This document shows, piece after piece, positions 18,940 through 28,590 of a DNA stretch of 64,000 nucleotides (position 1 is its first letter; each line of letters begins with the position of its first letter). Under the pieces are notes generated by a model, which saw only the letters and a program-made list of their open reading frames with translations, did not search any database and was not told where the DNA came from. The position numbers and the translations under genes are program-made. Source of the DNA: an uncultured archaeon (GTDB lineage Archaea; Nanobdellota; Nanobdellia; Pacearchaeales; GW2011-AR1); NCBI GenBank assembly GCA_903831045.1, contig CAIKWG010000005.1, positions 7,743 to 71,742 of the forward strand, given 5' to 3'.

Positions 18940-20349
18940 TTAGGTATATCCTGCCCTTCTAATTCCCATTAATCCTCCAAGATGTTTAGGAGTTTCCAAC
19001 AGTTTATTTCTAATTGTTTTACCCAAATCAAAAAACTCCACAGGCCTAACTTCACGAACACGTGGAAGCATAAACATTGCAACTAAAATTCTTAATGTTG
19101 CACTTAGCAAGAATATAAAGATTATTGGATGAAACCCGAGTATAGTTCCAAATTTATCTGAAGAAAAATATCCCCCAATTAAAGCTCCAAGGAAAGTTCC
19201 AAAGGCAGCAATAATTGCATTATAGGAAACACAAAGTGCCATTCTTTCACGAGTCACAGCATCATAGATAAAATTAACTGAAGAAAGATTTAATCCAGCC
19301 CATAAAAATCCGGATAAAGCCTCAACCAGAACAAGATAAGGCAAAATTAGCTTAGGATTAACAGAAATAATCCAAGGAGAAAAAGCCCATAGAACAGGAA
19401 TTAAGAATACAAACCATCCAGTAACTTTCATAACCATAAGATTTCCATACTTATCCGAAGACCTTCCCCAAAAAGATAAAGACAAAACAGTTGTAATAAT
19501 AGAAGTAACAGTAATAAGAGTAAATTGATAATAATTAAAAGATAAATTCTTTAGCATATAAACTGAAAAGAAAGGTGAAGCTATTGCCGTTGCAAAAGAA
19601 ATCAAACTGAAAAAGATAACAAATCTTCCAAAATTATTTCTCCTCATCTTTTTCACAAATTGAAGAAAACTAAAATAATATTCACTGCTATAGGTCATTG
19701 GAGGCTCATATTTCTTAGACAAGAAATATGCAGAAGAAAATCTTCCAATTACTGCAATTGAAAAAAGAATTAAAAATCCATAACCAACATTTCCTTTTTT
19801 AAAATAATCCAAAATAAAACCTGCAGCAAGCATGCTCAACAGCACAGAAATATTAACAAACTTAGATCTTCTACCAAAATAGGCTCCAACATCTCTATTA
19901 ACCAAATCTTTCATCCAAGAATTCCATGCAGGACCAACAAAAGCTCCAGCAACAGCTAACAAACTGTAAAACACAAGAAGCAAAACCGCTGCAAGAGCAG
20001 TAGACATCCCCCATAAAAAATATCCAAGTGCAATTAAAATCAAAGGCAACCACATAACCCCTTGAGCTATAACTCCTGTAAGAACTAATTTTTTTCTTGT
20101 AGTTTTTTCAACAACCTTATTGCTAATCAATTGAGAAGCAGTACCAAGGAGATTTGGTAATGAATTAAGAACCCCAATCATTGCATTTCCAGCACCCATT
20201 GCAAGAGCAAATGGAGTAATATATCTAAGACCGAAACCATCCATTACACTGAAAGAAACTCCATCCTTTAGGCTATATTTCTTAGATTTTTCTCTCAACA
20301 CCTCTTCATTATTCTTATTTTCCATATCTCCTCTAAAATTAGATTTCAC
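18940..20349 (-). CDS. MFS-type transporter
   Basis: 469 aa, 12 predicted TM segments, two-halves organisation typical of the major facilitator superfamily. Confidence 0.7.
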   Translation of the reverse strand: MKSNFRGDMENKNNEEVLREKSKKYSLKDGVSFSVMDGFGLRYITPFALAMGAGNAMIGVLNSLPNLLGTASQLISNKVVEKTTRKKLVLTGVIAQGVMWLPLILIALGYFLWGMSTALAAVLLLVFYSLLAVAGAFVGPAWNSWMKDLVNRDVGAYFGRRSKFVNISVLLSMLAAGFILDYFKKGNVGYGFLILFSIAVIGRFSSAYFLSKKYEPPMTYSSEYYFSFLQFVKKMRRNNFGRFVIFFSLISFATAIASPFFSVYMLKNLSFNYYQFTLITVTSIITTVLSLSFWGRSSDKYGNLMVMKVTGWFVFLIPVLWAFSPWIISVNPKLILPYLVLVEALSGFLWAGLNLSSVNFIYDAVTRERMALCVSYNAIIAAFGTFLGALIGGYFSSDKFGTILGFHPIIFIFLLSATLRILVAMFMLPRVREVRPVEFFDLGKTIRNKLLETPKHLGGLMGIRRAGYT

Positions 20350-20409
20350 AAATTTAATATATAAATCTATCTAACAGAAATTATTACTATCAAATTATAA
20401 TTCTAAAAA

Positions 20410-21282
20410 TTAAATTTTAATGTTTCCTTCTTGCCAGTCTCTTAATATTAAACGAGCAACCTGATCTCCATTAATTTCTCCACCTTTTATCAAAAATCCT
20501 CTTTTTCTACCGAGACTCTCTATAAGTTCATCACAGTCACCACCAGAGTCAATTCCATAATGTTTATCCAATATTCCGGGGTATCTCTCCATTATTCTAG
20601 CAACAACAACCTCGGGCTCCTTAACCTGGGAAAAGCTCTTTCCACCAAACATAGTATGATCTGCAATTATTTCTTTATTTGCAGAAGAATATTGTTCCGC
20701 AGGAATAACTCCTGGACTATCAATTAGAACAATTTCATTAGAAAGCCTAATCTTTTGCATCCCCTTAGTAAATCCTGCTTCGGCACCAACACCCGCAGCA
20801 CTTTTTCCAGCAAGTAGATTTAACAAAGAACTTTTTCCAGTATTAGGATAACCAATAACACCAACCTTAATCTTTCCTTCTTCCGCAATAACAATTTGGT
20901 CTCTCTTAATTTCTCTTTTCTCTCTTTTTTCAACTTCATTAGCAACACGTTTAATTAAATCTCTTAAATCCTTAATTCCTCTACGTTTAGTGCATGAAAC
21001 AAAAACAAAGGGATAAAACTCTTCTTTCACCTTTTTTTCCATTTTAGTGCCAATTAAATCAGCTTTATTAAAAACATAGATAATTTTCTTCTTCTGCTTT
21101 AGAATTTCTTCTTCAAGCTCAACATTTCTAGTCTCTTCGGGAAAACGTGCATCAAGAATTTCTAGAATTACATCTGATATATCAATGATTTTACGTGCAA
21201 CAGAAGGATATTTTTGCCTCTGCCTACAGATATTATCAATCTTTCTTGTTCTACGTGATGAAAAGCTATAACGAAGTTTCAT
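20410..21282 (-). CDS. circularly permuted GTPase (YlqF/RbgA/YawG family; ribosome biogenesis)
   Basis: G4 NKADL precedes G1 GYPNTGKSS, with G3 DSPG after it: the permuted G4-G1-G3 order of the YlqF family. Confidence 0.7.
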   Translation of the reverse strand: MKLRYSFSSRRTRKIDNICRQRQKYPSVARKIIDISDVILEILDARFPEETRNVELEEEILKQKKKIIYVFNKADLIGTKMEKKVKEEFYPFVFVSCTKRRGIKDLRDLIKRVANEVEKREKREIKRDQIVIAEEGKIKVGVIGYPNTGKSSLLNLLAGKSAAGVGAEAGFTKGMQKIRLSNEIVLIDSPGVIPAEQYSSANKEIIADHTMFGGKSFSQVKEPEVVVARIMERYPGILDKHYGIDSGGDCDELIESLGRKRGFLIKGGEINGDQVARLILRDWQEGNIKI

Positions 21283-21329
21283 AAAAAAACAAGGAATTTT
21301 GGGTTTTTAGAGTTTAGCATGAAGCTTTT

Positions 21330-21560
21330 TTAGTAAAATCTCTTCTTAACTTTCAAAGGTTTGACTTCACGTTCAACCTCAGATTTATCAATCTCTTCAA
21401 AATGCATCAAGCTGTAAGTAGGAAAGTTTAATCTTTCTCCATCAGAATCAGCAACCTTAAGTTTATCTTTAGAAACATCAATAATTTTACATTTATAATC
21501 AAGCTCACGTCCAGCCACTTTCATCTTCAAGAGGTAATATTTTCCCTTTTCTATTTTCAT
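21330..21560 (-). CDS. hypothetical small protein (76 aa)
   Basis: ORF only; 4-nt overlap with the upstream gene. Confidence 0.3.
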   Translation of the reverse strand: MKIEKGKYYLLKMKVAGRELDYKCKIIDVSKDKLKVADSDGERLNFPTYSLMHFEEIDKSEVEREVKPLKVKKRFY

Positions 21561-22423
21561 TTAAATTTCTTATTTTCCTTTGCTAGGAGAGTTTCAAGTT
21601 GTTTTCTATCACTCTCTATCTTTCTCTCAACAGCCACAATCTCTTTTTTTCCCCTTAATAATTCTAGATTATCCTTAGCATGCCTAAATTCTTTCTTTGC
21701 CTTACTTAATTCTCTTTCATAATGTGCTTCAATTCCTCTTGAATATGGACTTAATCCCCCGCTAGATTTTCTTCCAAGGAATAGAAATACAACAATTCCC
21801 ACAAGAACAACAGCTCCGATAATATACCAAAGAGTATTATTACTATCTCCTGTTGAAGCATCAGTAATATCCCCATTAATTAGAGATTCATTAAGTTGAC
21901 TTTTCTTAACTTTTTTAACAGGAACTATATTTGAATCATTTGTATTATTAGCAGTTGAATTAATAGTTAAATTAGCACTAAGATTTGAACTATTAGAAGT
22001 TGTTAGATTTGTTAAATTAGTTAGAGTAGTATTCACAACGGGCTCAGGATAATAAATAATAGTAGGAGTTTCCAATAAATTCGCGCCAACAGGAGCCACA
22101 GTCACATTAACATCAGTACCAGTTAAAAAAGCAGTCTCCATCTTTTGACGGTAGGTTGTAACTCCTGCATCATCTTTTAATGTAAAAAACAGACTGAATT
22201 GATTTGTTGTAATATTTTCAAGAATAATAACTAAATCCCCATACTCATCGGAACTGTAAAATTGTGGAGGAGTAATTGCATTAAATCCATCTCCAACTAG
22301 AATGGGAGTCATATAAAAATCCTGTCTAGGCAGAGTTTTAACATGAACTGTTGTTGAAGCAGAAATTAGACTAACAAATAGAATCAATCCAAAAAATAAC
22401 ACCATTAACTTTCCCCTCTTCAT
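21557..22423 (-). CDS. surface protein with signal peptide, N-glycosylation-sequon-rich stalk, TM and cytoplasmic coiled coil
   Basis: dense NxS/T run (NTTLTNLTNLTTSNSSNLSANLTINSTANNTNDSN), then TM WYIIGAVVLVGIVVFLFL and a charged helical tail. Confidence 0.45.
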   Translation of the reverse strand: MKRGKLMVLFFGLILFVSLISASTTVHVKTLPRQDFYMTPILVGDGFNAITPPQFYSSDEYGDLVIILENITTNQFSLFFTLKDDAGVTTYRQKMETAFLTGTDVNVTVAPVGANLLETPTIIYYPEPVVNTTLTNLTNLTTSNSSNLSANLTINSTANNTNDSNIVPVKKVKKSQLNESLINGDITDASTGDSNNTLWYIIGAVVLVGIVVFLFLGRKSSGGLSPYSRGIEAHYERELSKAKKEFRHAKDNLELLRGKKEIVAVERKIESDRKQLETLLAKENKKFK

Positions 22424-22462
22424 GGAGAAATCAGTTTTTCATAATTTATAAAGATTTTTATA

Positions 22463-23086
22463 TTGAAAACTCCTTTTTCAAGAAGAAAAAATATGTACAG
22501 TTCAATTGTATTCTATAGTTTTGTAGTATTATTTGCTCTAGTTTTAGGTTCATCTTTTGTTCCAATTCCAGGGGTTGGAGCATTAATAACTGGATATGGG
22601 GCACTAAGTCCAACATTTTCTAATCTTCTAGGTCTAATAATTCTAATTTTTAGTGGAATGATTATCGGGGATATAGCAACTTTCTTCCTAGCAAGAAAAA
22701 TTTCAAAAAGAACAAAAAAATTTCTAAGAAAATTTAAATGGTATTACCAAAATGAAAAACAGATAAAAAAATCTCTAAATAAGAATACCTTTAAATGGGT
22801 TTTTTTAAGCAGATTTATTCTTATAGGAGCATGCCCAGTTACAAATTATCTCTGCGGATTTGAGGGAATCAAGTTTAGAAAATTCATTCTACCTGCAATT
22901 CTTGGAGCAATGGTTTATTCTCTTGAATACACACTTCTAGGATTCATTTTCAGAGAAACATGGAATAAGCTTCTAACAATAGTTCATTCGTCCGTATTAA
23001 TTGCGGTTATTGTAATGGCCCTGTCATTTTTTATTGCTCATAGAATACAAAAGCATAGAAGAAAAAAGAATAAAAATAAAAAATAA
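22463..23086 (+). CDS. membrane protein, DedA/TVP38-like (divergent)
   Basis: ACPVTNYLCGF region resembles the conserved DedA re-entrant loop; Lys-rich C-terminus. Confidence 0.4.
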   Translation: MKTPFSRRKNMYSSIVFYSFVVLFALVLGSSFVPIPGVGALITGYGALSPTFSNLLGLIILIFSGMIIGDIATFFLARKISKRTKKFLRKFKWYYQNEKQIKKSLNKNTFKWVFLSRFILIGACPVTNYLCGFEGIKFRKFILPAILGAMVYSLEYTLLGFIFRETWNKLLTIVHSSVLIAVIVMALSFFIAHRIQKHRRKKNKNKK

Positions 23087-23099
23087 ATGAATTTATCTT

Positions 23100-23807
23100 T
23101 TAATTATCTTTTCTCTTTCGAAACATCCACGGAAAACTGAGATGAAGAATACTTCTAAGCTCACCTTTATAGAAATACAAAGCCAAAACAGTAACAAGAG
23201 TTATACCGACAATTGAAATATAAACTTCAAGCGTATTTGAATAAAGAACACCTTTTGCCAGAAGAACTAAAAAAATAGTATTTGGAAGATTCCCCAAGAA
23301 AGTTGCAATTGAATAATTTTTAAGATTAATCTTCATGATTCCCCCCAGGAAGTTAGGAATTAGTGGAGGAACAATAAATGCTGCACTTAGAATAAAAATT
23401 GTTTTAAAATTATTTTTTTCTACTATTTCATCAAACTTCTCTAATTTTCCCCCACGCTTTTCAAGATATTTTTTAACATAATCCCGCCCCAATTTTTCTG
23501 CAATGAGGTAATGAAAAATTGCAGCCACCATTATTCCAATCATTGCACAGATAATCACGATTCCAAGAGGAAAAAATAAAATTCCTGCAAAGACCATGGC
23601 AGTAACTGAAAAAGAAAAAGAGATTAAAAGTATAAATAAAAGAACATAAACTAGAATAGCCAAAAGATAATTGGAAGAAACTACTTTTTCAAGAGAAGAA
23701 AGATTAAATCCAAAATATCCAGAAAACAAGGCCATGAATAAAGAGATTAGAAGAAATACTAGAAATAAACTAAATTTCTTTTTACTGTTCATTATATTTC
23801 CTAACAA
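23100..23807 (-). CDS. DedA/TVP38 (TMEM64) family membrane protein
   Basis: FIVPPLIPNFLGGIMKINLKNYSIATFLGNLP matches the family signature loop. Confidence 0.55.
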   Translation of the reverse strand: MLGNIMNSKKKFSLFLVFLLISLFMALFSGYFGFNLSSLEKVVSSNYLLAILVYVLLFILLISFSFSVTAMVFAGILFFPLGIVIICAMIGIMVAAIFHYLIAEKLGRDYVKKYLEKRGGKLEKFDEIVEKNNFKTIFILSAAFIVPPLIPNFLGGIMKINLKNYSIATFLGNLPNTIFLVLLAKGVLYSNTLEVYISIVGITLVTVLALYFYKGELRSILHLSFPWMFRKRKDN

Positions 23808-24099
23808 AACTTTCGTTCTTTAGGTTAATTAAATAACTTTTCTGAAAGTTATCTTTTTTTAATTGAACCTGAACAAAGGTTTCATTCCCCTCTGTAAGAA
23901 CATTTCCAAAAATAATTTCATAACCCGCAGTATCAATGCTTTTATTTAAAATTTCAACAATCTTCTGCCTTTCTAGTTCACTGGTCGGCCTTAGGTCTTG
24001 TTTAATATTTTGAAATTGATAAATTCTGTAAGCAAGAGTAGCCATTAAAAAGAGAATTAATACAAGAAGAACAAGTTTGATAATTAGAGATTTCTTCAT
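23782..24099 (-). CDS. small membrane-anchored protein of unknown function
   Basis: 105 aa, single N-terminal TM. Confidence 0.3.
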   Translation of the reverse strand: MKKSLIIKLVLLVLILFLMATLAYRIYQFQNIKQDLRPTSELERQKIVEILNKSIDTAGYEIIFGNVLTEGNETFVQVQLKKDNFQKSYLINLKNESFVRKYNEQ

Positions 24100-24129
24100 A
24101 TCAAAGATAATACTTTTATCATTAAAAAT

Positions 24130-25377
24130 CTATTCATATCTTAATGCATCTACTGGTTTTAATTTTGAAGCCCTATATGCAGGAATAGCCCCAGCAATCA
24201 TTCCAATGATAATAGAAAATGATAAAGCAGTAATCAATAATCCTGGAGTTATTGCAGTAGAGCCAAACATTCTAGAAATGCCTCCAGAAGTTCCAGACAC
24301 CATTGAACCAATCAAACCAGATGCAAAGACTCCAAGAATTATTCCTCCAATTCCCCCAACTAAACCTATAAGTCCAGAGTTAATTAAAAAAATAGTTAAA
24401 ATATCTTTGTTTCTCGCACCAATTGCTTTCATAATTCCTATTTCTTTTGTTTTTTCCAAAACAGAAGTGAACATAGTATTTGCAATACCAATGGCCCCAA
24501 CAAGAAGAGAGATAGCTGCAATAGCTCCAAGAAAAAGAGACATGCTATCAATAGTACTTTGCATAGTGGCTTGCATTGTTGCAGGATTGCTAACGGTAAA
24601 ATCTTTTTCTGTTTCTTTTAATATTCCTCGTGCCATCATTAATTTTTTTGTTATATTGCTCACAGTTTCATCCGCAAGTCCGACATCTTTAATCTTAACC
24701 GAAATAGAATCAAATTCTTCTGCACCAATATCATCAAAAACATTTCTTGCAGTTTGAATAGGCATATAAACACTATTACCATCCGTTAAAATACCAACAA
24801 CTTTGAATGTTTTTCCCTCAATAGTAACCTTAGAATTAAGAGGAATATCATCAAAGGTAGAACTTGCTAATCTATCCCCGATTACAATTGAATAACTATC
24901 CCCATTGGTTAACATTCTCCCAGAAGCCAATTCTTCTGTGGTAATATCTTTCCAAATAGTTTCATCCACCCCAGAAACACTGACCGTAGCTGTTTTGGTT
25001 AAATAGGTTAAGTCCCCCCTAGAAGAAACACCCCCCATAACATATTTTACATTATTAATATTTCTGAGAACAACTAAATCTCTTGCAGTCAAATTTTTTG
25101 ATTCTGAATTAGAAGAAGTGTCTTCTCTTCCAAAAGGACCTCCCTCATCAAAACCAAAATTCCCTGCGGCCCTAGAAAATCCAGGAGAAATTGTAAGAAT
25201 ATCTGCACCTAAATTTCCAAGTCTATCCTCCAATTGTTGTTTTGCCCCAATACTAATTGAGACAATTGAAACAATCGCAGCAATACCAATTATAATACCA
25301 ATAATTGTAAGCCAACTTCGAAGCTTGCTGTGTATTAAAATATTTAAGGCCAGCTGAAATGATTTTTTTAATCTCAT
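24130..25377 (-). CDS. ABC transporter permease, MacB/LolCE (FtsX-like) family with large extracytoplasmic loop
   Basis: 415 aa; TM1, then about 220-aa extracytoplasmic MacB-type domain, then FtsX 3-TM bundle. Confidence 0.75.
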   Translation of the reverse strand: MRLKKSFQLALNILIHSKLRSWLTIIGIIIGIAAIVSIVSISIGAKQQLEDRLGNLGADILTISPGFSRAAGNFGFDEGGPFGREDTSSNSESKNLTARDLVVLRNINNVKYVMGGVSSRGDLTYLTKTATVSVSGVDETIWKDITTEELASGRMLTNGDSYSIVIGDRLASSTFDDIPLNSKVTIEGKTFKVVGILTDGNSVYMPIQTARNVFDDIGAEEFDSISVKIKDVGLADETVSNITKKLMMARGILKETEKDFTVSNPATMQATMQSTIDSMSLFLGAIAAISLLVGAIGIANTMFTSVLEKTKEIGIMKAIGARNKDILTIFLINSGLIGLVGGIGGIILGVFASGLIGSMVSGTSGGISRMFGSTAITPGLLITALSFSIIIGMIAGAIPAYRASKLKPVDALRYE

Positions 25378-26390
25378 CTTCTTGGAAGAGCATGTCCTTC
25401 CTTCTCTTTTACTTTCTTAATCCAATCTGGAATTTCAGAAGTTTTGTTTTTTACATCTTTTTTAGAATCCTTAAATTTTTTTAAAATATGCCTTTTATTA
25501 CCAAAATATTTAAAATAAACAAAAAGTGCAGCAGAAATTAAAATTAATATTCCAGCAATAATATATGGCCAAGTTGCAGCTTTTTTCTTACCTGGAAAAT
25601 TTCTAGTAAAATTAGCGGGCATACCAGTTGCAGAGACATTTGCAGAACCGAGAGATTGAGAATTGAAACTTATTTCTTTTAAAACACTTCTCCTCTCTCC
25701 AATACTATCTGTATAATCTATTTGCACGATTAAAGGAGCAGTACTTCTACCAACCTGAACTAAACTAAAACTAACAAGACTATAATCTCCTGCATCAAGA
25801 TTTCCTACCATCTGACCATTTGTTCCAGTAACTCTAAATGAATCCTGCTGAGGAATTCTAACAATCATAGAATTTGCTGTGTTTTTGCCAATATTTGCAA
25901 TTGCCAGAGAAACATCTGAGGTAGTAGAATCCTGAACAACCAAATCAAAATATGTTTGAGCATTTGCAACATTAATATTCATCGGATAAAAAGCTCCAGA
26001 ATCAGAAAGCTTACTAGTACTAATTTTTAATCTTAGAGGATTTTCAGCTTCAACTGCATTTTTATCTACTCTAACTTTATAATGAAGAATTACATCTCCT
26101 GCAAAATTTTCATATTCTATTAATGCTTGAGAAGAATCATCTAAACTAAAAGGGAATTCACTTAATAATTCAAACTTTGCGTATTTTACAGAAGTTCCAA
26201 TGTTAACTTTAATCCAAACATCAAAGTATTCTCCTGGATTGACAGGATAAGGCTCATACTTCAAAGAAGAAACCTGTATACCCTCAGATTGATAATTAAC
26301 AGAATAGTTCAATTCCTGAGCAGAAATAAAATTTAGTGAAGAAAAAATTACAACAACAGCCAACATTAAAAATAGAAATGTTTTTTTCAT
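25374..26390 (-). CDS. secreted/membrane-anchored accessory protein of the ABC operon (unknown fold)
   Basis: 338 aa, signal peptide, C-terminal TM plus basic tail; translationally coupled to the permease. Confidence 0.45.
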   Translation of the reverse strand: MKKTFLFLMLAVVVIFSSLNFISAQELNYSVNYQSEGIQVSSLKYEPYPVNPGEYFDVWIKVNIGTSVKYAKFELLSEFPFSLDDSSQALIEYENFAGDVILHYKVRVDKNAVEAENPLRLKISTSKLSDSGAFYPMNINVANAQTYFDLVVQDSTTSDVSLAIANIGKNTANSMIVRIPQQDSFRVTGTNGQMVGNLDAGDYSLVSFSLVQVGRSTAPLIVQIDYTDSIGERRSVLKEISFNSQSLGSANVSATGMPANFTRNFPGKKKAATWPYIIAGILILISAALFVYFKYFGNKRHILKKFKDSKKDVKNKTSEIPDWIKKVKEKEGHALPRR

Positions 26391-26423
26391 ATTGAAGCTA
26401 AAAGAAAATCCTTTTTAAATAAA

Positions 26424-26440
26424 ATGGAACTTAAATCCAT
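26424..26440. promoter_or_regulatory. palindromic site ATGGAACTTAAATCCAT (ATGGA-N7-TCCAT) adjoining an A/T-rich TATA-like element upstream of 25374-26390
   Basis: inverted repeat seen directly; a second copy lies upstream of the ATPase gene. Confidence 0.4.
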
Positions 26441-27135
26441 TATTTTGACAACCTCTGTTTAATTTTTCCATCAAGAATATGAACAGTTCTCTTAGCATAT
26501 TTAACAAGATTTAAATCATGAGTAATAAGAATAATTGTTTTTCCTTCCTTGTTTAATCTTCCTAAAAAGTCTATCACAAATTTTCCAGTATGACTATCCA
26601 AATTCCCAGTTGGTTCATCTGCTAATATAACTTCTGGGTTATTGGCTAAAGCTCGTGCAATTGCTACTCTTTGTTGTTGCCCTCCAGAAAGTTCATTAGG
26701 CTTGTGATGAAGTCTATCCCCCAGACCAAGAGCAATTAAAATATCCGTAGCAGTTTTTCTTGCATCATTCTCTGGAACATCAATGATTTCCATAGGCAAC
26801 ATTACATTTTGTAAGGCAGTTAAAGTTGGTAGTAAATTAAATTGTTGAAAAATAAATCCGATTGTTTTTCCTCTCAAATATGCCAAATCAGATTCATTCA
26901 TCTTGGAAATATCCTTTCCATCCAAATAAACGTAGCCAAAAGAAGGAAGATCCAGTGTACCAACAACATTCATGAGTGTAGATTTACCACTCCCGCTTGG
27001 ACCAGTTATAGCGATGAATTCTCCTTTTTTTATTTTAAGGTTAATATCCCTTAAAACGACTAGAGGATCATTTTTTTTCATATCATACTTCCTCCAAACA
27101 TCTGCTATAGAAATAACACAAGTATCTTTTTTCAT
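26440..27135 (-). CDS. ABC transporter ATP-binding protein (MacB/LolD-like)
   Basis: Walker [10 protein letters not shown], signature [15 protein letters not shown], Walker B ILADEPT, H-loop. Confidence 0.9.
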   Translation of the reverse strand: MKKDTCVISIADVWRKYDMKKNDPLVVLRDINLKIKKGEFIAITGPSGSGKSTLMNVVGTLDLPSFGYVYLDGKDISKMNESDLAYLRGKTIGFIFQQFNLLPTLTALQNVMLPMEIIDVPENDARKTATDILIALGLGDRLHHKPNELSGGQQQRVAIARALANNPEVILADEPTGNLDSHTGKFVIDFLGRLNKEGKTIILITHDLNLVKYAKRTVHILDGKIKQRLSK

Positions 27136-27174
27136 CTTATTCTATATCCAGGAGATTTTTAATATATAAATAAA

Positions 27175-27191
27175 ATGGACCTAAAATCCAT
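27175..27191. promoter_or_regulatory. palindromic site ATGGACCTAAAATCCAT (ATGGA-N7-TCCAT) adjoining a TATA-like element upstream of the ABC ATPase gene
   Basis: same 26-nt conserved block TAAATAAAATGGA.CT.AAATCCAT as at 26415-26440. Confidence 0.4.
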
Positions 27192-27225
27192 AAATGTTTA
27201 AATAGCATTATCTTTCTATTTTTAT

Positions 27226-27900
27226 ATGTCAAGAATTCCAGAAATGATGGGAATGATGGGTTTTGGAGCGGAGATAATCTATGCATTCGTGATTATAATT
27301 TGCTGTCTAATGATTTATCTAGGAACAAAAGAACTTTACAAATTAAGTGCACATGAAGGAATAAAATATTTTAGAATTTCTTTTTTATTATTTGCTCTAG
27401 CTTTTTTCTTTAGGTCATTTATTAAACTAGCTTTTTTAATAGTAAAAGATCCAAGAATATTTATTCTACCTCCAGATATATTCCAATCATTAACTACTAT
27501 CCTATTCATTTACTTTAGTACAATCGCTATATTTTATTTAATTTATAGCATGCTTTGGAAAAAGCTTAGAAAATTCCCAAGAGCAATTTATCTCATGCAT
27601 TTGCTTGCATTCATAACCGCATTAATAATTATACTTTCCAAAAATATTTTAGTGTATTTTTTCATTAACATTGCTCTACTTTTATTTATCATCATTACAA
27701 TAACTATAATTCATAGAAATGAAAAGAAAAATCTATTAAAAGTTATTTATGTTTTATTATCAATCTTCTTATTTTTGAATATAATTGATATTCTTATACC
27801 AAAATTTTTAGAAGTATTTCAATTATTAATTTATTTAGCTTCGATAAGCATATTTTTATGGATTTTACATAAAGTTTTGACCAAGGCAGGTTCTAATTAA
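27226..27900 (+). CDS. polytopic membrane protein of unknown function
   Basis: 224 aa, about 6 TM segments, very A/T-rich codons. Confidence 0.45.
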   Translation: MSRIPEMMGMMGFGAEIIYAFVIIICCLMIYLGTKELYKLSAHEGIKYFRISFLLFALAFFFRSFIKLAFLIVKDPRIFILPPDIFQSLTTILFIYFSTIAIFYLIYSMLWKKLRKFPRAIYLMHLLAFITALIIILSKNILVYFFINIALLLFIIITITIIHRNEKKNLLKVIYVLLSIFLFLNIIDILIPKFLEVFQLLIYLASISIFLWILHKVLTKAGSN

Positions 27901-27901
27901 A

Positions 27902-28159
27902 ATGCAAAAAAGAAGTAGATTAGAAATAATAAGGGATATTTTAAAAATCATTCAAGAAAATCACAATTCAATAAAAATAACTCCCCTTATACGAAAATCA
28001 AATTTATCCTCCCAAAGATTTTTAGAATATTTTAATGATTTAGAGAAGAAAGCATTTGTAGTAAGAACAATTAACCATGTTAAAATAACTGAAAAGGGAT
28101 TTAAGTATCTTGAAAAATACAAAAATATAATTGAATTTGTAGAAGAATTCGATTTGTAA
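27902..28159 (+). CDS. small winged-helix-like DNA-binding protein (putative transcription regulator)
   Basis: 85 aa, helix-turn-helix-like spacing (ITPLIRKSNLSSQRFLEYFNDLEKKAFV...); weak. Confidence 0.35.
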   Translation: MQKRSRLEIIRDILKIIQENHNSIKITPLIRKSNLSSQRFLEYFNDLEKKAFVVRTINHVKITEKGFKYLEKYKNIIEFVEEFDL

Positions 28160-28265
28160 AAGAAACACGCCCCTGCCTATTCGACCCCGCACTTCACTTA
28201 TAAAAAATTTCTTCCATGCAAAGTCTCAATTTGAACTTTCCTCATTCAAATCTTAAAATAAGGAA

Positions 28266-28454
28266 CGCCCCTGCCGAGATTTGAACTCGGGTTACTGCCG
28301 TTCTCCAAGTGCAGAAATCTCTGCATTCAGATTATTTGAATCTTTAATTCGAAAGAGTGGTTTGTGTTGAGACACTAGACCTGATACTCTCATCGAGTGT
28401 GGATCACCCCTCCTTATGAGAGGGCAGCGTACTTGGCCACTATACTACGGGGGC
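28266..28454 (-). tRNA. tRNA-Glu(CUC) with a 116-nt intron at the canonical 37/38 position
   Basis: 5' exon GCCCCCG-TA-GTAT-AGTGGCCAA-GTAC-G-CTGCC-CTCTCA; 3' exon C-GGCAG-TAAC-CCGAG-TTCAAAT-CTCGG-CAGGGGC-G; anticodon stem CTGCC/GGCAG and T-arm perfect, one C-A mismatch in the acceptor stem; BHB-like pairing of exon CUCU with intron GGAG. Confidence 0.65.
28301..28416 (-). other. tRNA-Glu intron (116 nt) containing a perfect hairpin TGCAGA-GATT-TCTGCA and weak C-box-like (CGATGA) and D-box (CTGA) elements
   Basis: delimited by the exon assignments above. Confidence 0.5.
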
Positions 28455-28469
28455 CTCAATATTTGCCCA

Positions 28470-28553
28470 GTAGTATGAACTAACCGTTCCGAAAAGGAGG
28501 TTGAGCTTCAAGGAAACTTGGTTCCTTACAGTATACTACGGGGGCTCAATATA
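28470..28553 (-). repeat. tRNA-like structured repeat: duplicate of the tRNA-Glu 5' end (ATATTGAG(G)CCCCCGTAGTATA), closing on itself as a long imperfect hairpin
   Basis: 22-nt near-identical repeat of the first tRNA-Glu nucleotides plus upstream flank; GCCC..GTAGTAT pairs with ATACTAC.GGGC about 60 nt downstream; not foldable as a cloverleaf. Confidence 0.35.
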
Positions 28554-28590
28554 CATTTAAATCAGAACACAGAACTTAAAAAACTATTGT

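Noticed and set aside
28301-28416. A canonical C/D-box sRNA encoded in the tRNA-Glu intron
   Set aside because: Only imperfect boxes are present (CGATGA and GTGATCC instead of RUGAUGA; one clear CUGA), with no clear C'/D' pair. It is kept as a weak note inside the tRNA finding rather than a feature.
28160-28560. The tRNA-Glu flanking repeats as attL/attR of an integrated element
   Set aside because: The repeats are only about 95 nt from the tRNA on either side, and no integrase or element-sized insert lies between them; at most a scar of a past event. An alternative model of a second tRNA (region 28470-28553) was tested and does not fold as a cloverleaf: no D or T arm, and a 6-nt loop on the only good hairpin.
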